38,800 nt of DNA from a virus, in the UHGV virus genome UHGV-0203104; one strand, written 5' to 3'. Positions 1-9,747 of this stretch are shown one piece after another. Numbering within the stretch: position 1 is the first letter of the stretch; each line of letters opens with the position of its first letter. The translations under genes were made by a program, and so were the position numbers. The notes under the pieces were generated by a model. It saw nothing but the letters and a program-made list of their open reading frames with translations, was not told the origin of the DNA and made no database searches.

Positions 1-193
1 GCGGTCCGACTAATCTGAGGCATAACAATTTCCATCAACAAAAATCCAACAAATAATATCATTTATCCTGCTGTAAAAAAAACGCTATCCCGGCGCTGGG
101 TAACATCGGGTTCATGCTAAGATAGAGCCTTGTCCCCCGCAGGATTGATATGGGGTGTTTTCGATTTCAGATTACCGATGATTCACGACGCTT

Positions 194-676
194 ATGACGA
201 AGAAAAAAGCACATAAACCTGGTTCAGCGACCATCGCGCTTAACAAGCGCGCCCGTCACGAATACTTTATCGAAGAAGAGTTCGAAGCGGGACTTGCCCT
301 GCAAGGCTGGGAGGTTAAATCCCTGCGCGCAGGAAAAGCCAATATCAGCGACAGCTATGTCCTTCTGCGCGACGGAGAGGCATTTCTGTTTGGCGCTAAC
401 ATCACGCCAATGGCTGTGGCCTCCACGCATGTGGTGTGCGATCCTACCCGTACCCGCAAGTTACTTCTCAACCAGCGCGAACTGGACTCATTGTACGGTC
501 GCGTCAATCGAGAAGGCTATACCGTAGTGGCGCTCTCCCTGTACTGGAAAAATGCCTGGTGCAAAGTGAAAATCGGCGTCGCCAAAGGTAAGAAACAGCA
601 CGATAAACGTTCAGATATCAAAGAACGCGAATGGCAGGTGGATAAAGCGCGTATCATGAAAAATGCCCACCGTTAA
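194..676 (+). CDS. smpB: SsrA-binding protein SmpB (host gene)
   Basis: 160-aa ORF whose sequence I recognise as near-identical to E. coli SmpB; lies immediately upstream of the tmRNA gene as in enterobacteria. Confidence 0.95.
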
Positions 677-890
677 ACCTATATAAGCGATACTAATCAA
701 ATCCTCACCGCGCCTCCCTATCCGGTGGCGCGAATGAACATCTTATCGACTGTCAAATCTGACACAGATGTAGCCATCCCATTGCTTAATCGAAAAAAAA
801 TCATACTATGCAGGCGCTAATTCCAGGATGATAACGCCTTTTGGGCTAGTCATGCTGCTCATAAATCTGGTATACTTACCGTTACACATT

Positions 891-1253
891 GGGGCTGATT
901 CTGGATTCGACGGGATTTGCGAAACCCAAGGTGCATGCCGAGGGGCGGTTGGCCTCGTAAAAAGCCGCAAAAAATAGTCGCAAACGACGAAAACTACGCT
1001 TTAGCAGCTTAATAACCTGCTTAGAGCCCTCTCTCCCTAGCCTCCGCTCTTAGGACGGGGATCAAGAGAGGTCAAACCCAAAAGAGATCGCGTGGAAGCC
1101 CTGCCTGGGGTTGAAGCGTTAAAACTTAATCAGGCTAGTTTGTTAGTGGCGTGTCCGTCCGCAGCTGGCAAGCGAATGTAAAGACTGACTAAGCATGTAG
1201 TACCGAGGATGTAGGAATTTCGGACGCGGGTTCAACTCCCGCCAGCTCCACCA
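891..1253 (+). ncRNA. ssrA: tmRNA (SsrA), 363 nt ending in CCA
   Basis: Starts GGGGCTGATTCTGGATTCGACGGG, contains the tag-reading-frame region and the tRNA-like 3' end GGTTCAACTCCCGCCAGCTCCACCA; matches E. coli ssrA as I recall it. Confidence 0.95.
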
Positions 1254-1254
1254 A
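1209..1254. repeat. attL: 46-bp direct repeat formed by the 3' end of ssrA
   Basis: ATGTAGGAATTTCGGACGCGGGTTCAACTCCCGCCAGCTCCACCAA occurs identically at 1209-1254 and 37585-37630; the two copies bracket the phage gene block. Confidence 0.85.
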
Positions 1255-1263
1255 ATAAATCAA

Positions 1264-1296
1264 GGGGTTACGTGAAAGCGTAGCCCCTTTTTCTTT
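1264..1296 (+). terminator. Rho-independent terminator just downstream of the reconstituted ssrA 3' end (phage-derived)
   Basis: GGGGTTACG-tgaaag-CGTAGCCCC hairpin (one G-U pair) followed by TTTTTCTTT. Confidence 0.5.
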
Positions 1297-1311
1297 GGTA
1301 GTGGCGGCAAA

Positions 1312-1350
1312 ATGGCGACAGACTTTTGCGTCCATCTTGCCTGTCGCCAT
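1312..1350. promoter_or_regulatory. Inverted repeat ATGGCGACAG-N19-CTGTCGCCAT upstream of the 1377 gene (possible operator or integrase arm site)
   Basis: 10-bp perfect inverted repeat arms at 1312-1321 and 1341-1350, directly upstream of the RBS (AAGAGG) and ATG at 1377. Confidence 0.3.
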
Positions 1351-1376
1351 CTTGAAATCATGCAAAGAGGTTTCAC

Positions 1377-1859
1377 ATGGAAGAACTTCACTTTGTTTAC
1401 ATCAATGCAAATGGTCGTATCGGTGTTCACTCAATACAGAGCATCAGTTATAGCGAAAATCATATACAGGGCATTTGTAAGAACACCGATCGAATAAAAA
1501 CCTTCCGAAAAGACCGCATTCTTAAACAGTACGATTCACCAGAACAAGCCATTCAGGAATGCGCGTCATTCCTCCCCGAAAACTACTCACATCTCACTAA
1601 GCAGTCTGGTCCGAAAAAAAATACATTCGATGTGTGCTTCACCGGATTTAAGAAAGCAGATAAAGAAAGATTGGTTGATAAGGCGAATGAACAAGGATTA
1701 ACGGTAAGAACCTCTGTAACCCAAAGCCTTCAGATGCTCTGTTGCGGTTACAATGCAGGCCCATCAAAAGTATCGGCAGCCAGGATGAAAGGCACAATCA
1801 TCATAGATGAGCCTGGCTTTATACATTTTCTTGAAACGGGTGAGATCCCAGATGAATAA
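1377..1859 (+). CDS. Small cargo protein with WYL-like N-terminal region and C-terminal BRCT-like domain
   Basis: 160 aa with good RBS. N-terminal YINANGR...TFRKDRI resembles the WYL-domain signature; the C-terminal stretch FDVCFTGF...GLTVRTSV...AG.SK...IIIDE..F..FL aligns by eye to the LigA-type BRCT domain. Sits between attL and ogr, outside the conserved P2 gene set. Confidence 0.55.
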   Translation: MEELHFVYINANGRIGVHSIQSISYSENHIQGICKNTDRIKTFRKDRILKQYDSPEQAIQECASFLPENYSHLTKQSGPKKNTFDVCFTGFKKADKERLVDKANEQGLTVRTSVTQSLQMLCCGYNAGPSKVSAARMKGTIIIDEPGFIHFLETGEIPDE

Positions 1860-1885
1860 AAACCTGCCGTAGCAGGTTCTCTTTC

Positions 1886-2101
1886 TCAAAAATTCATATG
1901 CCCCTGACCACCTGGCAGTGGATGTGGAGGGGCTGTAGCAATCAATGCAGGTGTCACAATAAACCGGACCACTGTTTCATGGGTAACAAAAGTGCTCCCG
2001 CAGTTAATATTTTGGCACTGGCAGTAACGCTCTTTGGTGCTTTCTGTTACTTGAAAACTGCTCCTTGTGTGCGCCGCATGACCACACTTCGGACAATTCA
2101 T
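1886..2101 (-). CDS. ogr: Ogr/Delta-type zinc-finger late-gene activator
   Basis: MNCPKCGHAAHTRSS...ERYCQCQNINCGSTF matches the P2 Ogr C4 zinc-finger pattern; start trimmed to the internal Met of ORF 1886..2152; adjacent to D as in P2. Confidence 0.8.
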   Translation of the reverse strand: MNCPKCGHAAHTRSSFQVTESTKERYCQCQNINCGSTFVTHETVVRFIVTPALIATAPPHPLPGGQGHMNF

Positions 2102-2173
2102 CATATCCAGATCCCTACCTTTTGCTATCAGAATCATTGTAATGATACACAAAATATCAATATTGAGAACACT

Positions 2174-3274
2174 TTATTCCATTTCAAGATCATCAATCTT
2201 CACTTCGAGTTCAATACTGGTTGTAAAACCGTTATCCGGGCTGACGGTATGTGTCAGAGTCGTAATGGTCCATTCCGCATCATCTATCGGCTGTTTAAAG
2301 CCACTGACTTTCACTGGCATTTCCGTGTAGAGATCTGCCCGACCTTCCGCCAGTTGTAGCGAGAATGACGCAACGCCGCGTTGCAGGCGTTCCCACTGCA
2401 TTTTCGCTGCCCGTTCAGCGTTGCTCCGGTTAGCATAAGTGCGATTAAGTACCAGCACGTTTTCATCCGTACCCACCAGGTAATCGCCCTGCTTCGCTTC
2501 CGGCTCTTTCTTCTGCTTTGCGGTCCTGCGCTTACGCTTCACCGTGGTGCTTTCTTTCTTCGCGGGTTCGCGGGTATGCAACCAACTGGCAATTACGCCC
2601 GTATAGGCTCCGCGATCTGCCAGGGTAAAGCGGTGACTGTCGCCGTCCTTGCGTGTGATAGTGATCACCGGCAGAGGTTTACCGCTGGCGCTTTTGCCCT
2701 GTCCCTGCCGGACGAATAACAGATTGCCATTTTTCACCGACGCAATAGCACCGTACTGGCGCGCCAGCCGCATCAGAAAACTGCCGTCACTCTCATTGGT
2801 CTGGTCTATATGTACCACGGGCTTATCCAACAGGTCTTTACCCAGTGCCATCTTCAGCTTGTGCCGCGCGGCTATTTCCTTCACCACTTCCCCGACGGTG
2901 GTCTTGTGCCACGACTTTTCACGACGGGTATTCAGCGTTTCCCGAAAATCAGCACTTCGCGCCCGGATAGTCAGGCGGTCCGGTGCGCCAGTGTGTTCAA
3001 TCTCGTCCACCGTGAATGCCCCTTTAGGGAAAAGCGGCTGCCCCTTCCAGCCCAGCGCCAGCGTAATGACCGCACCACGGCGCGGCAGCACGATTTTTCC
3101 GTCGGCGTCGTCCAGCTCCAGATCAAGCTGGTCCGCTTCAAAGCCCCGATTGTCCGTCAGAGTCAAACTCATCAGGCGGTTATCCAGCACAGTGGTGATA
3201 TCCCTGCCCTCAATACTGATGCTGAATGCGGGAGTTTTGTTGCCTTTGTTAAGCAGTTCAGAGCTGAAATTCAC
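2174..3274 (-). CDS. D: Tail protein D homolog (late control / tail)
   Basis: 366 aa; last gene of the FI-FII-E-T-U-D operon by order and size (P2 D about 387 aa). Confidence 0.8.
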   Translation of the reverse strand: MNFSSELLNKGNKTPAFSISIEGRDITTVLDNRLMSLTLTDNRGFEADQLDLELDDADGKIVLPRRGAVITLALGWKGQPLFPKGAFTVDEIEHTGAPDRLTIRARSADFRETLNTRREKSWHKTTVGEVVKEIAARHKLKMALGKDLLDKPVVHIDQTNESDGSFLMRLARQYGAIASVKNGNLLFVRQGQGKSASGKPLPVITITRKDGDSHRFTLADRGAYTGVIASWLHTREPAKKESTTVKRKRRTAKQKKEPEAKQGDYLVGTDENVLVLNRTYANRSNAERAAKMQWERLQRGVASFSLQLAEGRADLYTEMPVKVSGFKQPIDDAEWTITTLTHTVSPDNGFTTSIELEVKIDDLEME

Positions 3275-3756
3275 GACAGCAGCCCTCCCACCGTTTTACT
3301 AATATCACTTAAGGCAGATGTTGCCATGTCCTGCAGATTATTCAGTTGCGTACTGAGATCACCGAACATATCGGACAGGGATTCATCCACCCGTTTGAGC
3401 GACAGGGTGAACTCAATCCGGCGCGGCATACCGTCGCGGAAAAACTCCGTTTTAGTCAGATTCAGTCCCTCAATCACATACATGCCGTAAATCGTGCCGC
3501 TGCCTTCAATCAGGGGCCATGCTTTTCCCTGTTCTGCCATCTGCTCCAGAGCCAGCAACGACAGCCTGCCGCCCGTTATCTCCGGCATAAGAACACCAGA
3601 AAGCGTCAGCATGTCGTTGTCCGGTCCCAGAAACTGCGTGGACGGACGACGGTTTACCCGGCTGTTTGCCGCATGTCGCCAGCTGCGTTGATACTGCAGT
3701 TCCTGATACGGAACGGTGCGCAGCATAAACACGTACAATCCCAGCACCATCATCAT
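3271..3756 (-). CDS. U: Tail protein U homolog
   Basis: 161 aa, translationally coupled between T and D; P2 U is about 159 aa. Confidence 0.8.
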   Translation of the reverse strand: MMMVLGLYVFMLRTVPYQELQYQRSWRHAANSRVNRRPSTQFLGPDNDMLTLSGVLMPEITGGRLSLLALEQMAEQGKAWPLIEGSGTIYGMYVIEGLNLTKTEFFRDGMPRRIEFTLSLKRVDESLSDMFGDLSTQLNNLQDMATSALSDISKTVGGLLS

Positions 3757-6700
3757 GCGTCGTATCCCCCCTGATCGCTGTAGTTACTCCTGGCTTTTGC
3801 CTTCAGCCTGCGTTCACGTTCATCAAGCTGGCGTGCCACCTCCCGCGCAATATCCTGCGCACTTTGTCCTGGCTGCGTCTGAATGATGATCTGCGTCGGT
3901 GCCTCAATCCGGTGAACGGGCGGCACAGTGGCTGCACGACTCACCATCGCTTCGCCACCTTTCGCGGGAAGTGCCAAAGGATGCAACGGTGGAAGCTCTG
4001 CAGGCGCGGCAGCAACGCCCATCATTCCGGCAACAACGGCAGCCAGTGCAGCTGTATTTCTCCGGCTGGTCACATTTGCCGGGCCGTTAACAATTTCCGG
4101 CCCGTTTTCACCGACGATGCCAAACTGCCCGCGCGGGATATAGCCGCCGCTGTCATACATCCCCGCAAAGCCATATCCCCATGACGGAAAACCACCCGAT
4201 GGCATCATCACTTTACCGTCTGCATTCACCGTCGCAGGTTGCTGACGCGTCACTCTTTCCGGCAGTTTCGCCTTTGCAGCCTCTTTACTGACAATGCCGA
4301 GTTTCTCCAGTAACCAGGAAACGCCGGATTTCAGGGAGTCCAGCGGATGCATGACCATATTCAGCCCTTCCGCCAGTGCCTCCCCGAATCGTCGCCCCAT
4401 TGCCGCTGCGCTCTGCAGTTCGGCAGAGGTCGATTTAACGGGCGTCAGCAGATCAGTAAACCAGCCCCACAACGCCTGCACTTTGTCGCCAATCCACTGA
4501 AACACAGGCTTAAGTGGTTCGAATGCTGCACTGATGGGACCTGCCGCCGCTTTGAATCCTTCCACCACACCAGCGAGAAATGCGGTGATGGGTTGCCAGT
4601 ATTTCCAGACAACCAGCGCCACGCCCGCCAGTGCAGTAACCACAAGACCTATCGGACTGAGCAGAGCACCTAACAGACCAGATATGGCATACAGGGCAAC
4701 GCGCAGCATCGCCAGCGGACCGGATGCCAGTACTCGCAGCACCGCGCCTGCGGCAGCCAGTCCACCGCGTAGTGCTGCCAGTGGATTCATAAACATCACA
4801 GCAACAGCACGCAAACCGGATAATCCAGACCGCAACAGTGCAACCGGCACACCTGCTACAGTTTTCAGGACATTCCCCGTCAGTGATGCCGTGCGGCGCA
4901 AAGACGACAACGGCGCAGTAAGTAAACCCGCTGCGTTGCCCGATGAAGCAAGCCCGCGTCGCAGCAGTGCCAGTGGAGCGCCAGCTAACCAGGACAACGC
5001 GCTGCTGGTTCGTGTTACTGCTGCCGTAACGGAAGATAACGTTTTGATACCCAGCACAGAGAATCCCAGACGGATGACTGCCAGCGGCCCCAGCACTGCA
5101 GCCAGCACCACCGCTAAGGTGCCGAGGCCTACGGTAACCGCAGCCACAACAGCCGCTACTTTCATCAGTGTGCCTGTCAGTTCCGGGTTAGCTTCCACCC
5201 AGCGGCGCAACGCCCCCGTGATGCTTTTCACCGTGTACAGAATATCCATCAGCGGCTGGCGCAGCGTTTCGCCCAGGCTGCTGAAGGTGTTCTGCGCTCC
5301 GGTTTTGACCAGCAACCACTGAGCAGAAAGTGAGTCTTTGTTGATGTCGGATTCTTTCTGCATGGAACCGAGCGCATCATTGCCCGCTGTCAGTTTTAGC
5401 TGGCGCTGCAGTTCCGGAAGGTTGTTTGCCAGTTTCGCCGCGTCATCACCAAACTCTTTACCAAACAACATGGTCATGGCAGACAGACGCTTGTCCTGCG
5501 GCAGTGCGTTCACCTTCTCCAGCACACGCTGGATAGTTCCCATTGCATCCTTCGTCATCTGCTTTTCAATCACTTCAGGATTGAGTTTCAGCAGATTCAT
5601 CCCTTCAAAGAAACTCTTGCTTTGCATGGTGGCAATGGACAATTCACGCACCATCGCGTTTGCTGCACTGGCTGCAACCTCCGGCGCAGCGCCCAGTGTC
5701 AGAAAGGTGGAACCCAGTGCCGCCGCTTTACGATAATCCAGACGGTCAGCCACACCGCCCAGACGTTGCATCACATCAATGATGTCCGCCCCTTTCGACA
5801 TGGCGTTATCATCCAGATAGTTCAGCGCATCGCCGAGCTGTTCAATATTGCGGGTAGGTATTTTGTAGAGCTGGGCGATTTTCCCCAGACTTTCTGACAG
5901 TTCATCCGCTGGCAGCTCAAAGGCTGTTGCCGCCTTTGCTGCCGTACTGGCGAAGGCCAGCAGGTCACGTTTCTGGTCTTCCCAGCTGTCGTCAGGGTTT
6001 GCGACGTTCATGCGCGCACCACCTTCAACCAGTGCAGCGAAGTCCACCGCACCGTTTTCCATCGGCAACTGTTCGCTGGCAGCCTTGATGGCATCCTGCA
6101 TTTCATAAAAGCGTGCAGTGCGGTTGCCATTATCGTCACGCAGACCATTGACCTGCTTTGCCACACCTTTCATGGCATCTTCCATGCTGGTATAGCTTTT
6201 TACTGCCGCCATCACTGGCGCACCCATTGCCAGCCCTGCAGCCGTGGTAGTGGCTCCGGCTCCTGCGATGCGATCGCGCACTTCAAGCCGTCTTGAGTAT
6301 TGTTCTCTGGCAGCGTTCATCCGTGCCTGTTGTTCACCCAGACGTTTAAGTGCTTTTTGCTGGCCCTCCAGTACCTGCCTTGTTTCTTCAGCATTTTTCT
6401 TAAGTTCTCGCTGGGCACTACTGAGTTGTCTGGTATCAATCCCTGATTCTTTAAGTGCCTGACGTTGTCTCTGGACCGCCCCCAACAAGCCGTTATAGGT
6501 CTGCTGAAGTTCCTGTACTCGTGTTTTGGCCTGACTGAATAACTTTGCCTGCGCGGCGGTTGGCCTGTTAGTGGCAGCAAATTGTGTGGCGAGTTTTGCC
6601 GCCTCTTCGCGGGCTGCGTTCAGGTTGTTGGCTGTTATGGCTAGTTGCGAGCGCGTCTTGCGAAATTCATCAATTCTGCCAGCCTGCTTATTCAGTTCTT

Positions 6701-6830
6701 TGAGGCTGTTTCGGGTATTCTGAATTGCGCCAGCCAGCTCTTTCGAACTGGCCTGTGCAGCACGGAATGGGCGGGTGAGTTTGTCAACCGCATTAAGAAT
6801 GACCTGCAGGCGCAGGTTATTATCACTCAT
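3753..6830 (-). CDS. T: Tail tape-measure protein (T homolog)
   Basis: 1025-aa Ala/Gln-rich protein with long coiled-coil character and hydrophobic Gly/Ala-rich segments, directly downstream of E/E'. Confidence 0.85.
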   Translation of the reverse strand: MSDNNLRLQVILNAVDKLTRPFRAAQASSKELAGAIQNTRNSLKELNKQAGRIDEFRKTRSQLAITANNLNAAREEAAKLATQFAATNRPTAAQAKLFSQAKTRVQELQQTYNGLLGAVQRQRQALKESGIDTRQLSSAQRELKKNAEETRQVLEGQQKALKRLGEQQARMNAAREQYSRRLEVRDRIAGAGATTTAAGLAMGAPVMAAVKSYTSMEDAMKGVAKQVNGLRDDNGNRTARFYEMQDAIKAASEQLPMENGAVDFAALVEGGARMNVANPDDSWEDQKRDLLAFASTAAKAATAFELPADELSESLGKIAQLYKIPTRNIEQLGDALNYLDDNAMSKGADIIDVMQRLGGVADRLDYRKAAALGSTFLTLGAAPEVAASAANAMVRELSIATMQSKSFFEGMNLLKLNPEVIEKQMTKDAMGTIQRVLEKVNALPQDKRLSAMTMLFGKEFGDDAAKLANNLPELQRQLKLTAGNDALGSMQKESDINKDSLSAQWLLVKTGAQNTFSSLGETLRQPLMDILYTVKSITGALRRWVEANPELTGTLMKVAAVVAAVTVGLGTLAVVLAAVLGPLAVIRLGFSVLGIKTLSSVTAAVTRTSSALSWLAGAPLALLRRGLASSGNAAGLLTAPLSSLRRTASLTGNVLKTVAGVPVALLRSGLSGLRAVAVMFMNPLAALRGGLAAAGAVLRVLASGPLAMLRVALYAISGLLGALLSPIGLVVTALAGVALVVWKYWQPITAFLAGVVEGFKAAAGPISAAFEPLKPVFQWIGDKVQALWGWFTDLLTPVKSTSAELQSAAAMGRRFGEALAEGLNMVMHPLDSLKSGVSWLLEKLGIVSKEAAKAKLPERVTRQQPATVNADGKVMMPSGGFPSWGYGFAGMYDSGGYIPRGQFGIVGENGPEIVNGPANVTSRRNTAALAAVVAGMMGVAAAPAELPPLHPLALPAKGGEAMVSRAATVPPVHRIEAPTQIIIQTQPGQSAQDIAREVARQLDERERRLKAKARSNYSDQGGYDA

Positions 6831-6956
6831 CGTTAGCCCCGCTTCTCTGAATCGCTTTATACCGCCATTCCAGCACTTCGGTCAGCGGCATAACGTCAGT
6901 AACGGATGGCGGCCAGTGAAAAATGGTGGCGATATCTGCCACCAGATCGTCAACCG

Positions 6957-7259
6957 TCAGGCTGTCGGTAAACCGGCAAGCACCGACTTCTTCAACAAAA
7001 AAGTGACAACCTCAACCGACATGGCAGTGAGATCTGCCGGGTCCATCTCTGCAATTTCCTGTGCAGTCAGCGCCGGGCTGGAGATGCGGGGGATCACGGT
7101 CATCATCGCGTTCACATCCATATCCATAATGGCCTGCAGGCGTGTACCGCGCAGCGCACCGGACTGCGGTTTACGCAGCACAATTTCGGTGATTTCAGTT
7201 TTACCACGCATGATGGGGGTATCCAGTAGAATGGTCTTTTCAGTCTGCTTATCGCTCAT
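6957..7259 (-). CDS. E: Tail assembly chaperone E (with E' made by -1 frameshift)
   Basis: 100-aa ORF; slippery heptamer TTTTTTG on the minus strand (plus-strand CAAAAAA at 7003-7009) near its 3' end, as in P2 E/E'. Confidence 0.75.
   Translation of the reverse strand: MSDKQTEKTILLDTPIMRGKTEITEIVLRKPQSGALRGTRLQAIMDMDVNAMMTVIPRISSPALTAQEIAEMDPADLTAMSVEVVTFLLKKSVLAGLPTA
7003..7009 (-). other. Programmed -1 ribosomal frameshift site (T TTT TTG) for E/E'
   Basis: Codons act-ttt-ttg (T F L) within ...VVTFLLKKS; position equivalent to the P2 E/E' slippery site. The -1 frame extension was not traced. Confidence 0.6.
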
Positions 7260-7313
7260 TTTGCTGTCCTGTAAATTGGGTTCTGGCGCGGCATTCCGCG
7301 CCGTTCAGATACA

Positions 7314-7829
7314 TCAGAGGCCGAGGGCGTTGCGGTGCGCTTCCATCAAGTCCACACCGTCCACAATTTCCACCATGTTGATAAGGTCCACTTCATAGAG
7401 CACCTCACCATTGATAGTCAGCTTCGCGTAGCTGTTGGTACTGGTCACTTTGGTGGTGTTGCTTTCGCCCGTCTTCCACTCGCCGGAATCCACTTCTTTG
7501 TGACGTCCACGCACCACAAGCTCCACGGCCTGCACTTCCCCGGTATCATCACGCTGGATAGAGCCGGTAAAGCGCAACTGGATGCCATCCACCGTGGCTT
7601 TGCCCATCTGTTTAAACAGCAGCAGTTCAGTACCACCAATGGAAAATTCTGTGTCCAGCGCACTGTCATCAAGCCCCAGATCCACATCCACTGCACCCGG
7701 CATTCCGCCGCCGCGATACTTCTCATATTTGCGGGTGAATTTCGGCAGCGTCAGCGACTCAACGATCCCCTGCCAGTTATTCCCGTCGTTAAACAGGTTC
7801 AGGTGTTTTAATTTACGTGGTAAAGCCAT
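7314..7829 (-). CDS. FII: Tail tube protein (FII homolog)
   Basis: 171 aa, immediately after the sheath gene; P2 FII is about 172 aa. Confidence 0.85.
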   Translation of the reverse strand: MALPRKLKHLNLFNDGNNWQGIVESLTLPKFTRKYEKYRGGGMPGAVDVDLGLDDSALDTEFSIGGTELLLFKQMGKATVDGIQLRFTGSIQRDDTGEVQAVELVVRGRHKEVDSGEWKTGESNTTKVTSTNSYAKLTINGEVLYEVDLINMVEIVDGVDLMEAHRNALGL

Positions 7830-7838
7830 GTTGTCCCC

Positions 7839-9011
7839 TTACGCGCTGACCTGGCTGGCGAAATTCACCAGGTACTGATCGGTGATGCGCTGACGCAGCA
7901 TCAGGTTTTCAAGTGGTGGCACTGGCGTGTAGTCGTAATCGATGGTGAGTTTTCCGGCTTTCAGAGTGTCTTTGTCGTTCACCGACTCATCCAGCCAGCA
8001 ATCGCCACCAATGAGATAGCCCTGACTGACCAGGCTGCGCATTTTGGCGCGGATACCTTCGATAATGTCCCGGGCCAGCGACGGGTTAAGCGGTTTATCC
8101 ACCGCCCACATGTGTGCTTCTGCCATCGTGTCCATCAGCACCTGCGCCGTGCGGGTGTAGTTTTCGAAGGCAAAGAGCGGGTCATCACTCAGGCAGCGGG
8201 AACCCCAGAAGCGGAAACCGTCTTTGCGGATAAGGGTGGTGACGTCGTTCTGGTTCAGCAGTCCAGCATCGGTTGCCGTGTCCTGCAGATCCCAGAACAC
8301 ATCAGCAGAAATTCCGGTGACACCGTTAACGCCCACATTGGACAGGCTTTTGTGCCATCCGGTCTGCTCGTCAATTTTTGCGCGCAGACCAAGCGCACGG
8401 GCGGTGGCATATGCCGTTGCTTCGGCATTCAGCACCGTGTCCCAGCCAGTAAAGTCGGGCCAGATCAGCATTCCTTCGCGCTGGCTGAAGTTTTCACGGT
8501 AAGTGATCGCCTCCTGCACCGTCTTGCAGCCATACGCTGACAGGTAAGCAAACCCACGCAGGCTTTGCGCCACACTCAGCAACTCAGTAGCAACGGCTTT
8601 GTTATCGTGACCTGGCACGCCGAGAATGCGCGGTTTAACGCCGAGCTGTGTCTGGGCAGATAACAGGGCTTTCATGCCTGTTTTTTTACCTTCAGCAGTC
8701 ACTGCGCCGATGATATTGGTCGTGGTTTCTTCTTCCGTTTCACCCTGCGGCACACGCACAACAACGGTCACGGGTTTTGCCTGGTCAGCGATGGCATCCA
8801 GCGAACGGGCCAGCGTGCCGGACTCACCCGCTTTACCGCTGGCAGTCAGCACATCAGTGATCAGCACGGGTTTATTAAGAGGAAACATTTTTGCATCGGC
8901 ATCATCGCCCGTGCAGACCATACCCACGATGGCGGTGCTCACCGTGGTAATGGATCGGGTGCCTTCGTTGATTTCAACAACGCGCACCCCGTGGTGGTAA
9001 TCCTGAGCCAT
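7839..9011 (-). CDS. FI: Contractile tail sheath protein (FI homolog)
   Basis: 390 aa; first gene of the F operon by order and size (P2 FI about 396 aa). Confidence 0.85.
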   Translation of the reverse strand: MAQDYHHGVRVVEINEGTRSITTVSTAIVGMVCTGDDADAKMFPLNKPVLITDVLTASGKAGESGTLARSLDAIADQAKPVTVVVRVPQGETEEETTTNIIGAVTAEGKKTGMKALLSAQTQLGVKPRILGVPGHDNKAVATELLSVAQSLRGFAYLSAYGCKTVQEAITYRENFSQREGMLIWPDFTGWDTVLNAEATAYATARALGLRAKIDEQTGWHKSLSNVGVNGVTGISADVFWDLQDTATDAGLLNQNDVTTLIRKDGFRFWGSRCLSDDPLFAFENYTRTAQVLMDTMAEAHMWAVDKPLNPSLARDIIEGIRAKMRSLVSQGYLIGGDCWLDESVNDKDTLKAGKLTIDYDYTPVPPLENLMLRQRITDQYLVNFASQVSA

Positions 9012-9087
9012 AGCGGCGAACCTCCTGATTGGATTAGGCTTCGCCCTATGTTGAAGTGATTGTGCCCGACAAACAGCTAAGTGTAGT

Positions 9088-9105
9088 TGTACAGTTATTC
9101 ACACA
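9088..9105. promoter_or_regulatory. Candidate Ogr-binding site (TGT-N12-ACA) of the late promoter for the F operon
   Basis: TGTACAGTTATTCACACA lies about 85 bp upstream of the FI start codon, consistent with an activator site near -55. Confidence 0.4.
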
Positions 9106-9153
9106 AAATGACGGTATTTGTCTACTTGCAGGGATAATCAAAATTATGCTGAC

Positions 9154-9726
9154 TCAGGGGGATTCACTGCTCTTATTTGCCGGAAATTTTCTATAAATGG
9201 TAGAAACGCCCACATCAAAAATCAGTGCAATACGCTGTCTTGATTCTCCGGCCTCTAGTAAACGTCCAATCTGTGCCCACTGTTCGGTGGTCAACTTAGG
9301 ACGGCGTCCACCTACTCTGCCTTTGTCGCGAGCTGCAGCAATCCCCGCCCTGGTACGTTCAACTATCAGTTCGCGTTCCATTTCAGCCAGGGCACCCATG
9401 ACATGAAAAAAGAAACGGCCCATTGGGGTACTGGTATCAATACTGTCAGTCAGGCTTCGGAAATTCACGCCACGCTGGCGCAACTCTTCTATCAGCGTAA
9501 CAAGATGCCGCATACTGCGTCCCAACCTGTCCAGCTTCCAGACAACCAGCGTGTCTCCTGCCGATAGTGTCCTGAGTAGTTTTTTCAGCCCCGGTCTGTC
9601 GGACTTAGTGCCACTGATTTTGTCCTCAAAAATCCGCTCACATCCCGCGCAGTTCAGTGCATTACGTTGCAAATCGGTGTTCTGGTCATTTGTTGACACG
9701 CGTACATAGCCAATAAGCATGATCAT
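9154..9726 (-). CDS. Serine DNA invertase (Hin/Gin/Pin/Cin family)
   Basis: N-terminal YVRVSTNDQ catalytic-serine motif, resolvase/invertase core and C-terminal HTH (GVSTIYRKF); adjacent to the invertible tail-fibre segment. Confidence 0.9.
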   Translation of the reverse strand: MIMLIGYVRVSTNDQNTDLQRNALNCAGCERIFEDKISGTKSDRPGLKKLLRTLSAGDTLVVWKLDRLGRSMRHLVTLIEELRQRGVNFRSLTDSIDTSTPMGRFFFHVMGALAEMERELIVERTRAGIAAARDKGRVGGRRPKLTTEQWAQIGRLLEAGESRQRIALIFDVGVSTIYRKFPANKSSESP

Positions 9727-9747
9727 CCCCCTGAATAAAAACCGGAG

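Noticed and set aside
224-430. 68-aa minus-strand ORF inside smpB
   Set aside because: Antisense to a highly conserved host gene.
1312-1497. 61-aa plus-strand ORF overlapping the start of the 1377 gene
   Set aside because: Begins inside the upstream inverted repeat and overlaps the better-supported ORF with a strong RBS; likely spurious.
2649-3490. Plus-strand ORFs of 217 and 226 aa overlapping D and U
   Set aside because: Antisense shadow ORFs within the tail operon; no start context and no recognisable motifs.
4534-5322. 262-aa plus-strand ORF inside the tape-measure gene
   Set aside because: Antisense shadow ORF in a GC-rich gene; Ala/Pro/Arg/Ser-rich low-complexity product, no RBS, fully embedded in a well-supported minus-strand gene.
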